This document shows, piece by piece, positions 7,162-15,519 of a stretch of 20,000 nucleotides of DNA (position 1 is the stretch's first letter; each line of letters begins with the position of its first letter). The notes beneath the pieces are model-generated. The model saw only the letters and a list, made by a program, of their open reading frames with translations, was not told the DNA's origin and ran no database searches. Made by a program: the position numbers and the translations under genes. This stretch comes from an uncultured virus (IMG/VR IMGVR_UViG_2888703769_000002). Taxonomy: Duplodnaviria; Heunggongvirae; Uroviricota; Caudoviricetes. Location of the stretch: IMG/VR virus record IMGVR_UViG_2888703769_000002; one strand, 5' to 3'.

Positions 7162-7383
7162 ATGGTTGATTTTTCGCCCTTATACCAGACTTTAAAAGAA
7201 AGAGGACTAAAGCCTAGTCACCTAAGAAAATGCATTTCTCCTGACACACAGGCAAGTATTAAGAAGCAGCACATGACTAAAAACGCTACTATGTACATAG
7301 GTACGATCGATGTTATATGCCAATTTCTCGAGGTTCCTATCGAGAAGGTTGTTCGAATTGTACCTGACGATGTGGAAAATTAA
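7162..7383 (+). CDS. Cro/C1-type HTH transcriptional regulator (HTH_26-like)
   Basis: SD AAGGAG. MVDFSPLYQTLKERGLK...TIDVICQFLEVPIEKVV has the typical small Cro/C1 pattern. Confidence 0.8.
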   Translation: MVDFSPLYQTLKERGLKPSHLRKCISPDTQASIKKQHMTKNATMYIGTIDVICQFLEVPIEKVVRIVPDDVEN

Positions 7384-7436
7384 ACGGAAATAGTCTATAA
7401 TTTCCTCCGTGACACCTTATCTGATGTAGTACGGAG

Positions 7437-7676
7437 GTGTTTATTACGTTTAAGGTCGGCAAATGTCGGATACCCGAACTATGCAAGAAACGCGGAATCA
7501 GTCTCAGTCAACTCGCAGCAATGGTCGGAGTATCAAAAACGCAAATGTCCGATTACGTCAGCCTTCGGAACCTGCCGAGCATCGAACGAACCTACAATAT
7601 CGCAATGATGCTCGGTTGCGCGCCCGAAGATCTGTACGAATGGATTGAGGTATCCGACAGCAACACGGAGGGTTAA
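7437..7676 (+). CDS. XRE-family HTH transcriptional regulator (start codon uncertain)
   Basis: RGISLSQLAAMVGVSKTQMSDYVSLRNLPSIERTYNIAMMLGCAPEDLY is a canonical XRE HTH. Confidence 0.85.
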   Translation: MFITFKVGKCRIPELCKKRGISLSQLAAMVGVSKTQMSDYVSLRNLPSIERTYNIAMMLGCAPEDLYEWIEVSDSNTEG

Positions 7677-7692
7677 TACAACCTCCGCCGAC

Positions 7693-8688
7693 CTAAAGTA
7701 CGGGAATTCCCGAACATAAACGTAAAGTATTTCTTACGACCTCCGCACGATCATACACGTCTTGCAACGCTTCTGTACCGCGCTTTATAAGTAGTTCATC
7801 AGCGTCTTTCACCTCCGTAATATAACCGTGCGCAAGCCGCACCTTTCCGCTCAAATAACGCTCAATCTCCCGCCGTAACTTTTCGCCAGCTTTGTCGTTA
7901 TCTGTAACCACCGTTAAATATTCGATAGGTGACTGCGCAATTATGTCCGCCTTCTGTAAATTAAATGTGCTGCCTCCGGTTCCGATCGCCGGTACACCCG
8001 CAGACCGCCACGCCATGGCATCGATTTCCGCCTCGCATATCACCGCGCTTTTAATCCGCTGCGCATATACGAGATCCATTCCGTAAACTAAATACCGGAT
8101 AGGCAAGCCGCCTTTTACGTACCAGAACGCCTTCCCCTTCGTTGCCCTATACTTAACGTTTGCCAGCCGGCCGTTAGGAAGCCGCCAAGGGATCGCGACT
8201 GCGTTACCGGCAAGTGATACGCCGGCCTCTTCTTGTACTGCGGTCGCAATGCCCCGGCCCGTCAGGTAAGCGTTAGCCCCTGGCGCCGTGTCCGCGAGGA
8301 CCGATTCCGCTAAAGGCTCCGGCTTCGTGACGGCTTTTAATTTCGGGAGCCGCAGCGCCATACGTCCGCCTTCAGCCGCCGGTGCATACGTTTCCAATAA
8401 GTAATCGATTGCGTCGTCTTCGGTTTCGCCGCGCAGGAAAGCGAGCAGTTTAACGAACCCGCCCCGCGCAAACTCTTCGTCATAGGCGCCTGAGTCGCCC
8501 CAATAGCCGGCTTTTGCCGACACTGTGTCTTCGAGGTATACGTAAAAGCTCGGAGTCCGATCGTATCTGAATGGACTGGCGGCCAGCAGGCGTTCGCCGC
8601 CCCACGTCGGCCGGGTCCAGTCGAATTGTTCGAGTTCATACCGAATGTCGACGTCTACAGAACGTCCACCCAAATTTAATATCGGCAA
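7693..8688 (-). CDS. Phage DNA primase (TOPRIM)
   Basis: Degenerate Zn-ribbon SPFRYDRTPSF, YLTGRGI, VICEAEIDAMA and VTDNDKAGEK. Located next to the helicase. Confidence 0.88.
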   Translation of the reverse strand: MPILNLGGRSVDVDIRYELEQFDWTRPTWGGERLLAASPFRYDRTPSFYVYLEDTVSAKAGYWGDSGAYDEEFARGGFVKLLAFLRGETEDDAIDYLLETYAPAAEGGRMALRLPKLKAVTKPEPLAESVLADTAPGANAYLTGRGIATAVQEEAGVSLAGNAVAIPWRLPNGRLANVKYRATKGKAFWYVKGGLPIRYLVYGMDLVYAQRIKSAVICEAEIDAMAWRSAGVPAIGTGGSTFNLQKADIIAQSPIEYLTVVTDNDKAGEKLRREIERYLSGKVRLAHGYITEVKDADELLIKRGTEALQDVYDRAEVVRNTLRLCSGIPVL

Positions 8689-8822
8689 TTCGAGACACTT
8701 CCTTTCGAGACTTGTAAATTATATTACGACATTGTTACGAAAATTACAGTCGCAATTTGTCGAAACTATTCAAAAATTTAGATGTAATTGTTGACAATAT
8801 CATCCGGTAAATTCCAAACGAT

Positions 8823-10217
8823 CTAAAACTCGAACACGTCCGCAGCCCCGGCGCCCATTTCCGGCTGTTTTACTACGCCGATTTGCGGCAAATAGATGAT
8901 CTCTGCGACTTCCCCTTCGCCGCCGTCGCGCCCTTTGTTCAATCCGATCAAGCCGCGGCCTTCTTTCGCGTTCGTATCAACTGCGATCAATAACGCAGCA
9001 TCTTCGAGCAGGGCTTTCGTTTTCTTGACGTCCTTACGCTGCGGCAGCTTAAGCTCGCGCGCTCCGTCTTCCGTTTCTTTCTCGTCATCCTCATCTGCCT
9101 GTGTGAGCGCAAAGATCGTCGTTTTCGTATGCCCGGCCAGACGGCGCAGTTTTTGCGAAGTATTAGCCGCGTCTCCGCCTGCCGTCTTTGACGTATTGGC
9201 TTCGTAGTCGAGGTAATAAAACGGATCTACAAGCACGACGTCGGCTTTCGTTTCGATAATGTCCGATTTTAGATCGCGCAGGGTTCTTGAGCCGAAGTCT
9301 TCGTCGTCGACAGCTCGCACCGTAATGTTTCCCGGAATGATTTCGTTAAGACGATCAAGGAATTCCATAAAACCCGCCTCGAACTCGTCGGATAGTTTGC
9401 CCTGACGTACGTCGCGAGAATTGAAGCCGGCTTCCATATCGACGCCGTCCAAAGTCGCAGTCGTAACGCCCATGGTTCCGGAAATCGATACGTACAGACG
9501 CACCAACACTTCGTACCAGCCCATTTCCATCGACCAAATCAGAACGTTCGCCCCCTGCATCGCACAGTTAGTGACCTCTTCTAACGATACGGCCGATTTA
9601 CCCCGGCCCGACTTTCCGTAGATCACGTACACGTTCGACGAAACGTAGCCGCCCATTGCCTTATTAACAAAATCGAATTTGCTGCGCCAGATCCGAAAGG
9701 ACTCGCCGGCCTTACGGTTTTCATATTCCGCTTTAAACTTGTCGATGTCCCGTTTGATATCCGTCCCGACCGAATTTCGAACGCTTGTTCTCATTTTAAG
9801 ACTTTCGGCCTGCCCCGTCAACCACTCGAAGAATTTTCCCATATCTCCGCTTTTTTGCGCTTCAATAAATCGTTTTTCGAGCTGCGGCTCCTGAACTTGG
9901 CGATTGGTTTCCGGATCAATACGTCCGTTCATCAGCTCGATAAATTCGCGCTCGGCTGCCCGGTCCTTGAGGTTTTTCGCAAGGTAATCGTAACTGGCTT
10001 CGATATTAAAATCCGGCTGGAATTCCGGTACCTCATTCGCAACCATCTCGGCAGTCGGCGCTTGGCCTCGGTGTTTCTCCGCGTAATCCATAACGTACCG
10101 GAAGGCCTTGCGTTCGCCCTGCGTTTGGAAGTCGGCTTCGGAAACATTGAAGCGCAGAAGGGCGTTCGGATCGTTCGCTTCGATGGCTTTCGATATTAGC
10201 AAAGTTCCATACTGCAT
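8823..10217 (-). CDS. DnaB-like (SF4) replicative helicase
   Basis: Walker A GKSGRGKS, WSMEM, Walker B VLVDPFY, ALTQ, EDAA and NKGRDG. ATG 10217 follows GGAGGAG. Confidence 0.9.
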   Translation of the reverse strand: MQYGTLLISKAIEANDPNALLRFNVSEADFQTQGERKAFRYVMDYAEKHRGQAPTAEMVANEVPEFQPDFNIEASYDYLAKNLKDRAAEREFIELMNGRIDPETNRQVQEPQLEKRFIEAQKSGDMGKFFEWLTGQAESLKMRTSVRNSVGTDIKRDIDKFKAEYENRKAGESFRIWRSKFDFVNKAMGGYVSSNVYVIYGKSGRGKSAVSLEEVTNCAMQGANVLIWSMEMGWYEVLVRLYVSISGTMGVTTATLDGVDMEAGFNSRDVRQGKLSDEFEAGFMEFLDRLNEIIPGNITVRAVDDEDFGSRTLRDLKSDIIETKADVVLVDPFYYLDYEANTSKTAGGDAANTSQKLRRLAGHTKTTIFALTQADEDDEKETEDGARELKLPQRKDVKKTKALLEDAALLIAVDTNAKEGRGLIGLNKGRDGGEGEVAEIIYLPQIGVVKQPEMGAGAADVFEF

Positions 10218-10963
10218 CAAGATCTCCTCCGTTTCTTTTCTTGAATTTTGATGTTACGTTCATATACAAACTTTGGAAGCGGAAACAGAAGTCCTGTTCT
10301 TTCTCTCCACAGTTCAATAGAACTTCTCTGGTCAGCCTTACCCTCTACTAAATCCCTTGGGTTTTCATAGCACCACGTCACGTACTTTTCGAATTCACTA
10401 GGCGTTAAACCGTTTATTAATGCCAGATCACTGGCAACGTTATCGAATTTTTTCTGAGCCTCCTCACATAAAGATTTAGCCCACTCAAAAGGATTAATAG
10501 CGCCTTTATAACTATTAAGATCTCTGCTCAGAAAGACTAAATTTCCAACATACGTTCCACCGTGCCCCACGCCTATCGCGATGAAGTGATCTACGACAAC
10601 ATCTTCCTTAGTGCCGCTTATCTGACAGGATATAATTTTTTTCGATCTTTCTTCAAATGTTTTAACCCTAATCTTCATTGGCAGGGATCGCTCTAAGCCA
10701 TTTCTTATTTCTCTTTTTCGGGCTATCACATTCTTATTTCTTCTGTAATGATCTTTTCGGTAGTTTGGATTACGTTTATAAAAAGCTCTTGAGATAGGTT
10801 TAATACATTCTTTGCACCTAGAGACCCTGCCCATAAAACCGTTATTCTGACGCGAAAAAGATTCAAGAGACTTCATCTCTTTACATGCGTTGCAAATCCT
10901 ACAAACACAAGCGACTCCATCCGTGTCGACATAAATAATCACTTTAGGAGTCCTACCTCTCAT
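10217..10963 (-). CDS. Putative free-standing HNH homing endonuclease
   Basis: N-terminal CxxC clusters and an HNH core VDHFIAI..GHGGT..GNL......LNSYKG. Visibly AT-richer than its flanks and overlaps both neighbours. Confidence 0.75.
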   Translation of the reverse strand: MRGRTPKVIIYVDTDGVACVCRICNACKEMKSLESFSRQNNGFMGRVSRCKECIKPISRAFYKRNPNYRKDHYRRNKNVIARKREIRNGLERSLPMKIRVKTFEERSKKIISCQISGTKEDVVVDHFIAIGVGHGGTYVGNLVFLSRDLNSYKGAINPFEWAKSLCEEAQKKFDNVASDLALINGLTPSEFEKYVTWCYENPRDLVEGKADQRSSIELWRERTGLLFPLPKFVYERNIKIQEKKRRRS

Positions 10964-11487
10964 TCGCTCGCCTCCCGTCTCAATTTCGCCATTACACCGT
11001 CAGCCTTCGCTTTATACTCCACATCCCCAAACGTCTCGTATAGGCGCATGTTATCGTTGTATTCGTCCAGCAACTCGTCAGTCTTCCGTTTGCGTTTCGC
11101 AACTTCCTGCGCACTTAATACCCGCGCCGTCTTCGGCGTTTCCATCGGCCCTTTCGCCCTCCCAACCGCCTCCTTTTTCGCGTAGCCTATTCCGAAAGAA
11201 TAATCATCCGCAAAATGAAACGCCGCGCCCGACGGCTCCGGATAATTCGTCTCGTCGTACTCTAAAAGGTAATCTTCCGCGAACTGTTTCCGACATACTA
11301 GCCGCAGATCCGTTTCGAACGCGTCGAGGAATTCACCGTTTATGGCGTCGGTCAGCTCGAACTCGACGTATTCACTTACGCCCCACTCATCGGTTTCCTT
11401 TACTTCGCGCCAAGCCTCGACGTAGAATATCCGATTTTCGTACCCGGCAACCGAGACGATATCTCCGAAGGTGAATTCCGTTTTCAT
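10960..11487 (-). CDS. Hypothetical protein, YodN-like
   Basis: FTFGDIVSVAGYENRIF and DELLDEYNDNMRLYETFGDVEYK resemble Bacillus YodN-family motifs (recalled, not searched). Confidence 0.55.
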   Translation of the reverse strand: MKTEFTFGDIVSVAGYENRIFYVEAWREVKETDEWGVSEYVEFELTDAINGEFLDAFETDLRLVCRKQFAEDYLLEYDETNYPEPSGAAFHFADDYSFGIGYAKKEAVGRAKGPMETPKTARVLSAQEVAKRKRKTDELLDEYNDNMRLYETFGDVEYKAKADGVMAKLRREASE

Positions 11488-12263
11488 CTACGCATCCCCC
11501 TTTTCGATTCGCCTACGAATTCAATCTCGCGGCATAGGTCGCCCACCCGATCGGCAAGACGTCGCTCACCGAATACTTGCCAAAGCTGATCGAGCGCAAT
11601 GTTGCTCGTGTAGATCGTCGGTAGCTGATTCGTTATTCTTGCGTTAATAACGGTATGCAAATCGCCGCGGAAGCCGTCCGTTGCATCGCGTACCCCTATA
11701 TCGTCCAGCACGGCAAATGGCGCCTTCTTTGCGGCCTCAAGCGCGCGATAGTACCGGGCCGCCGCCGGCTCTGCGACTGAATCCGGAACACGCGGACGGT
11801 TGAATTCGTTATAGTCGTTCTGCCACGCATTTACGTCGAGGAAATACGCCGGCCGCTGCAACGGATCGAGGCCACGCCGCAGGGAGCCGCTATAATGGAC
11901 GCGCAGCCATTCGTTAAGAAGTGCGGCGGCCGTCGTCGTCTTTCCGGTGCCCGGCGATTCGCTGAACAGATATAGGTCTTTGATGCGGTCGGCCGGCGCA
12001 ACCGGTCCGCTCTGTTCGAACTGCCGCGCAAAGGATGCCGCATAAGCCTCGGCCGCCTTATAAGCTTCGGATTGGTCAGCGCGAGCCGGCGAATTCTTCA
12101 GCGTGACAAGCCGGTACTCTTTCGGAAGCCCTGCCGCCGCTGATCGTCCTCCTCCGCCCGATGCGCCGTGCATCGCGATAAAATGCGTACAGTGCCGCGT
12201 ACATGCGTCGGTCCCGGCCGCTTTACATCCGTCAGCGAGTACGCAAGTATTTTCGTTAGTCAT
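11484..12263 (-). CDS. DnaC/IstB-like AAA+ helicase loader
   Basis: ATG 12263 follows AAGGAGG. N-terminal Cys/His cluster, Walker A SPGTGKT, Walker B VLDDIG, PTIYTSN and RLADRV. Confidence 0.85.
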   Translation of the reverse strand: MTNENTCVLADGCKAAGTDACTRHCTHFIAMHGASGGGGRSAAAGLPKEYRLVTLKNSPARADQSEAYKAAEAYAASFARQFEQSGPVAPADRIKDLYLFSESPGTGKTTTAAALLNEWLRVHYSGSLRRGLDPLQRPAYFLDVNAWQNDYNEFNRPRVPDSVAEPAAARYYRALEAAKKAPFAVLDDIGVRDATDGFRGDLHTVINARITNQLPTIYTSNIALDQLWQVFGERRLADRVGDLCREIEFVGESKRGMRR

Positions 12264-12435
12264 ATTCGCGGACCTCCTTCCGATCAATTCGTTTTCTTAT
12301 CGTTCTCTCATGCTTCGAGCGCATCCGCTTATCTGCACCCTTTACCCGGGGTTCCGGATACATTGCGTCGTAAGTCCAATCGTACCCGCTATACTTTTTA
12401 AACACCGTTGTTTTCAAGCGTCTATGGTACGTCAC
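12256..12435 (-). CDS. Unannotated basic hypothetical protein (59 aa)
   Basis: SD AAGGAGG and GTG 12435. MTYHRRLKTTVFKKYSGYDWTYDAMYPEPRVKGADKRMRSKHERTIRKRIDRKEVREYD*. Confidence 0.6.
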   Translation of the reverse strand: MTYHRRLKTTVFKKYSGYDWTYDAMYPEPRVKGADKRMRSKHERTIRKRIDRKEVREYD

Positions 12436-12452
12436 TCACGCGCCTCCTTTCG

Positions 12453-12605
12453 TTAATTCTTTCGCAGGGTAAACTCCGCTCTAACCTTCTGATCCCACGA
12501 GTTACATATGAATTTTCCGCCAGTAGCCGTGTAACCCTTTCGATTTAACCACTCGACCATAGCTTCGACTATTTCCGCCTGACTCATCGTATATTTTACG
12601 TTCAT
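12453..12605 (-). CDS. Unannotated hypothetical protein (50 aa)
   Basis: ATGA overlap with the upstream stop and SD GAGGTG. MNVKYTMSQAEIVEAMVEWLNRKGYTATGGKFICNSWDQKVRAEFTLRKN*. Confidence 0.6.
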   Translation of the reverse strand: MNVKYTMSQAEIVEAMVEWLNRKGYTATGGKFICNSWDQKVRAEFTLRKN

Positions 12606-13636
12606 TCGCACACCTCTTCGCGTGAGTCGTCGATAATCGTTAGGTCAGCGTTATCTATAAAATCGTAACCTCCGCCGACATATCGGTATTTACCATCCGC
12701 AATTTCTCTAATCTTTGCTTCGTAACTGTCATCGCCGAGTTCGCCTTCACGGCATAACTGGTAGTAGTAATCCGCGTACTTGCCGCGAACAACGTCCCCC
12801 ACACGAACCTCAGTCGGCTGCGGAGCGTTCAAGTATTCGTCTGGCACCGTCAGGCCTAGCGCACGTCTTAGCGCGATCGCACGACCAATATGAACGTTGA
12901 AGCAGTCGGACGGTGCGGCTTTGGCGATTCCTCGCGCTACGATTTGACCATCCGCTATCCACCGTAAAATTGTGACTACGGTTCTTTTCTCGCAATTTAC
13001 GATAAATTCCGCTTTCGTATTCCGTCCATAAGCGTAGTAGTAACCGTATTTATTCGCCAGTTTCTCAACGTCCGCTTTCGCCTGCTCAACGATTTCATCA
13101 CGGCGTGCTTGGGTATTAATAGACGTCTTCATTTTCGCCAACTTTCGCTGAACTTGTTTAGCCGCTTGAAATCCTTCTTGAAATGTGCGCTTTTTAATCG
13201 CCTCCATTACCGCATCACCATGCGCTAGTAACTCATCGTATCCCATTGCGTTCAAATCGATTTTCATTTCGTCAGCCTCCTCGTTTTTAACTTCGCTATT
13301 GACGATGACTTCGTATTCTTTGTGCCATAGCGTCATAAATTCGTTTTCATCTACTCGTACGCCGGTTTCTCCGGATTCTCTTACGGTAAATACATCGCCC
13401 ACTAGATACTTACCTTTCGTATTAGTCGGTGCAGTTAATAGCACACGCTCACCAACCGCCGCCTTCCGCTTTTCTGTGACGATGAGTTCTGCGTCTTCTT
13501 TTAATACATTCACGGAATGTAAGATATACTCGTTTTCATTTTCGTCGATTACGGTAAACACTCTTCCGATATAGACAGAGTAAGCTAGATCGGAACTTTT
13601 CGCCTTCTTAATCCGCACATATTTTTTCGTTACCAT
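12602..13636 (-). CDS. Hypothetical modular phage protein (344 aa)
   Basis: SD GAGGAGG. Contains RGIAKAAPSDCFNVHIGRAIALRRA, a common phage domain motif, plus SH3-like segments. Confidence 0.75.
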   Translation of the reverse strand: MVTKKYVRIKKAKSSDLAYSVYIGRVFTVIDENENEYILHSVNVLKEDAELIVTEKRKAAVGERVLLTAPTNTKGKYLVGDVFTVRESGETGVRVDENEFMTLWHKEYEVIVNSEVKNEEADEMKIDLNAMGYDELLAHGDAVMEAIKKRTFQEGFQAAKQVQRKLAKMKTSINTQARRDEIVEQAKADVEKLANKYGYYYAYGRNTKAEFIVNCEKRTVVTILRWIADGQIVARGIAKAAPSDCFNVHIGRAIALRRALGLTVPDEYLNAPQPTEVRVGDVVRGKYADYYYQLCREGELGDDSYEAKIREIADGKYRYVGGGYDFIDNADLTIIDDSREEVCE

Positions 13637-13663
13637 TCCGCAATCCCTCCTCGTTAATTTACG

Positions 13664-14032
13664 TCAAAACCACGTATTATCTACGCCTTCATTGCGTTCG
13701 GCTCTTTGCTGTTCGGCTGCCAGACCGCTCGCCGCCCTCTGTAAATTTCGCCCCATGAACGTCTGCATAAATCCGAAGCTCAAGCCCGGATATTCAAGCG
13801 ACGGTTTATATTCCGCGAAGCACAGATCGATGAAGCGCTTCGTTAATTCCGGCCCATACACGCCTGGCTTGCGTTTAGTGCCGACCCATCGTCCGAGCAT
13901 GCCCGCTTCGGCTTGGTAGCCACGAAAAGGTACGTACGGGACACCGTAGAGCCGTTCGTGCTCCGCTTTGAGGTACGCCTGGAAATCGCGCGTGTTCCAC
14001 TTGGCGACCGGCTTTGATTCATACGTTGTCAT
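13664..14032 (-). CDS. Hypothetical phage protein (122 aa)
   Basis: ATG 14032 follows AAGGAAGTG (MTTYESKPVAKWNTRDFQAY...). Fits the operon packing. Confidence 0.7.
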   Translation of the reverse strand: MTTYESKPVAKWNTRDFQAYLKAEHERLYGVPYVPFRGYQAEAGMLGRWVGTKRKPGVYGPELTKRFIDLCFAEYKPSLEYPGLSFGFMQTFMGRNLQRAASGLAAEQQRAERNEGVDNTWF

Positions 14033-14402
14033 CTTCGTCACTTCCTTCGTACTTATATTCACGTAGTACATCCGTTAAGGAAATAGAACCTATCGAACCA
14101 CTTCCGATGAATCTTCGTAATTGTTCTTTTCGGTCGGCTTTCGGAGGAGCGTAACACGCGGCTTTTAATTCCGCCTCAAGCTCCGCAATGTGATCGAGTA
14201 GCGCTGGAATGTCTTGGCGTGCGTTTGCGATGAAGTCTGCGTATACATCTCCGCTAGTCATACAAACCGAATGAACTTCACAAGATCCCGGTGGATATTC
14301 GTAGGACACGTCTGTTCTATCCGAAACAAACCACCGCGCATCCCCAACCGCTTCCGCGCGCTTACGGATTTCTTCGAGCTGTTCCTTATTCAACCGATTC
14401 AT
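14019..14402 (-). CDS. Hypothetical phage protein
   Basis: MNRLNKEQLEEIRKRAEA...ADFIANARQDIPALLDHIAELE carries the widespread phage 'A.FIA.A...IP.LL' motif. Confidence 0.7.
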   Translation of the reverse strand: MNRLNKEQLEEIRKRAEAVGDARWFVSDRTDVSYEYPPGSCEVHSVCMTSGDVYADFIANARQDIPALLDHIAELEAELKAACYAPPKADRKEQLRRFIGSGSIGSISLTDVLREYKYEGSDEDDNV

Positions 14403-14634
14403 ACTTAACGCCAACCTTTCGTTTTATTTTCGTAAGATTTCCGCCCTTTACCGCAAATTTATAACGTCCGTGTCCGTGAACCTTAACGAAGTAATATCCG
14501 CTATTTAAGAATCTCCACGGCCTTGAATCTACACGTCCGTTTATTATTACGCCGCCCTTTGCGATTAACTCGGACGCTTCTTTATACGACGTACCGATCA
14601 ACCGGACAACGGCGCGATCCAGGCGGAGCATCAA
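14386..14634 (-). CDS. Stand-alone S4 RNA-binding domain protein
   Basis: RLDRAVVRLIGTSYKEASELIAKGGVIINGRV matches the S4 consensus RLD..L.....SR..A..LI..G.V.VNG. Confidence 0.7.
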   Translation of the reverse strand: MMLRLDRAVVRLIGTSYKEASELIAKGGVIINGRVDSRPWRFLNSGYYFVKVHGHGRYKFAVKGGNLTKIKRKVGVKYESVE

Positions 14635-14966
14635 TCGTTCACTCCTTCGATTTTGATTCCGAGAAGGTTTAACGTCTCTTTTACCGCAGCCCTTGCGGAT
14701 TCACATGCCACTTCGATAAACGGATCGTCTGAGTCGCAATAGTCCGACCACAGACTTTCGTAATACTCCCGCAACTTTTCCTCCGGCGTCTTTTTGACTT
14801 CGTATCCGTTGACCAATGCGGCCGCAAGCGTTAGAATGTCTAGTTTCGCAAGCTTACCGCCTATAACCTCGTCACAAGCCGCCTCAAGGATATGTATATC
14901 GAGATCGCCGGATCGACGATACGCTTCTAATTCCTTCGCCTGTTCCTTCGTGATTGTCGGCTTCAT
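14631..14966 (-). CDS. Hypothetical phage protein (DUF1642-like)
   Basis: SD AAGGAGG and the motif LAAALVNGYEVKK. Confidence 0.65.
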   Translation of the reverse strand: MKPTITKEQAKELEAYRRSGDLDIHILEAACDEVIGGKLAKLDILTLAAALVNGYEVKKTPEEKLREYYESLWSDYCDSDDPFIEVACESARAAVKETLNLLGIKIEGVND

Positions 14967-15145
14967 TTTAGCGCCTCCTTTGCGTGTAAATTAATTTCAT
15001 ATAACGCAGTAACCGGAACCAAATCGACGCTTTCTTCGGGCAACTGCGACTTTATTTCGATCACCCTCAACGCCGCCGTCAACCGCTCATTCTCGCCAAT
15101 CAAATCCGCCACAGCACAACGCAATCGTTTAACTTCTTCTGTCAT
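14963..15145 (-). CDS. Hypothetical protein (60 aa)
   Basis: SD GAGAGG, a coiled-coil-like N-terminus and ATGA overlap with the next gene. Confidence 0.65.
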   Translation of the reverse strand: MTEEVKRLRCAVADLIGENERLTAALRVIEIKSQLPEESVDLVPVTALYEINLHAKEALK

Positions 15146-15180
15146 GTTTTCGCCGCCTCTCCGCCGTTTTATCGTCTACC

Positions 15181-15504
15181 CTACCGAATACCCTCGACCG
15201 TCAGTAACGCCGCTAATTCGCCGCGGAATTCCCGTATTAATCGTGCTAATTCCGCCAGCGATGTCGCATCCGAAGACCTCAACCGTCGGTTCATTACGTC
15301 CATCAGCGCGCGTTCGACCGTCGAGTGAAACGCTACCTCGCGCCACTTTTCCTGCGGCGTTGGGTCGGCGTCCGGATTTTCGGCGAGTCGCTTCGCCCAG
15401 TTCGGCGCTTTCGTCGGGTCGCTGAAGTAGCGCTCCTTTACGATGATATTGCGTTCGTCTGACGTGAGTTGATAATCGGGTGATACCGGAATGTTAATCG
15501 TCAT
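15181..15504 (-). CDS. Hypothetical phage protein (107 aa)
   Basis: SD GAAAGGAG. YQLTSDERNIIV...WREVAFHSTVERAL. Confidence 0.7.
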   Translation of the reverse strand: MTINIPVSPDYQLTSDERNIIVKERYFSDPTKAPNWAKRLAENPDADPTPQEKWREVAFHSTVERALMDVMNRRLRSSDATSLAELARLIREFRGELAALLTVEGIR

Positions 15505-15519
15505 GGTTATCGTTACTCC

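Noticed and set aside
7665..7715. Hairpin and palindrome at the convergent XRE/primase ends
   Set aside because: Neither strand has a U-tract, so it cannot be called a terminator.
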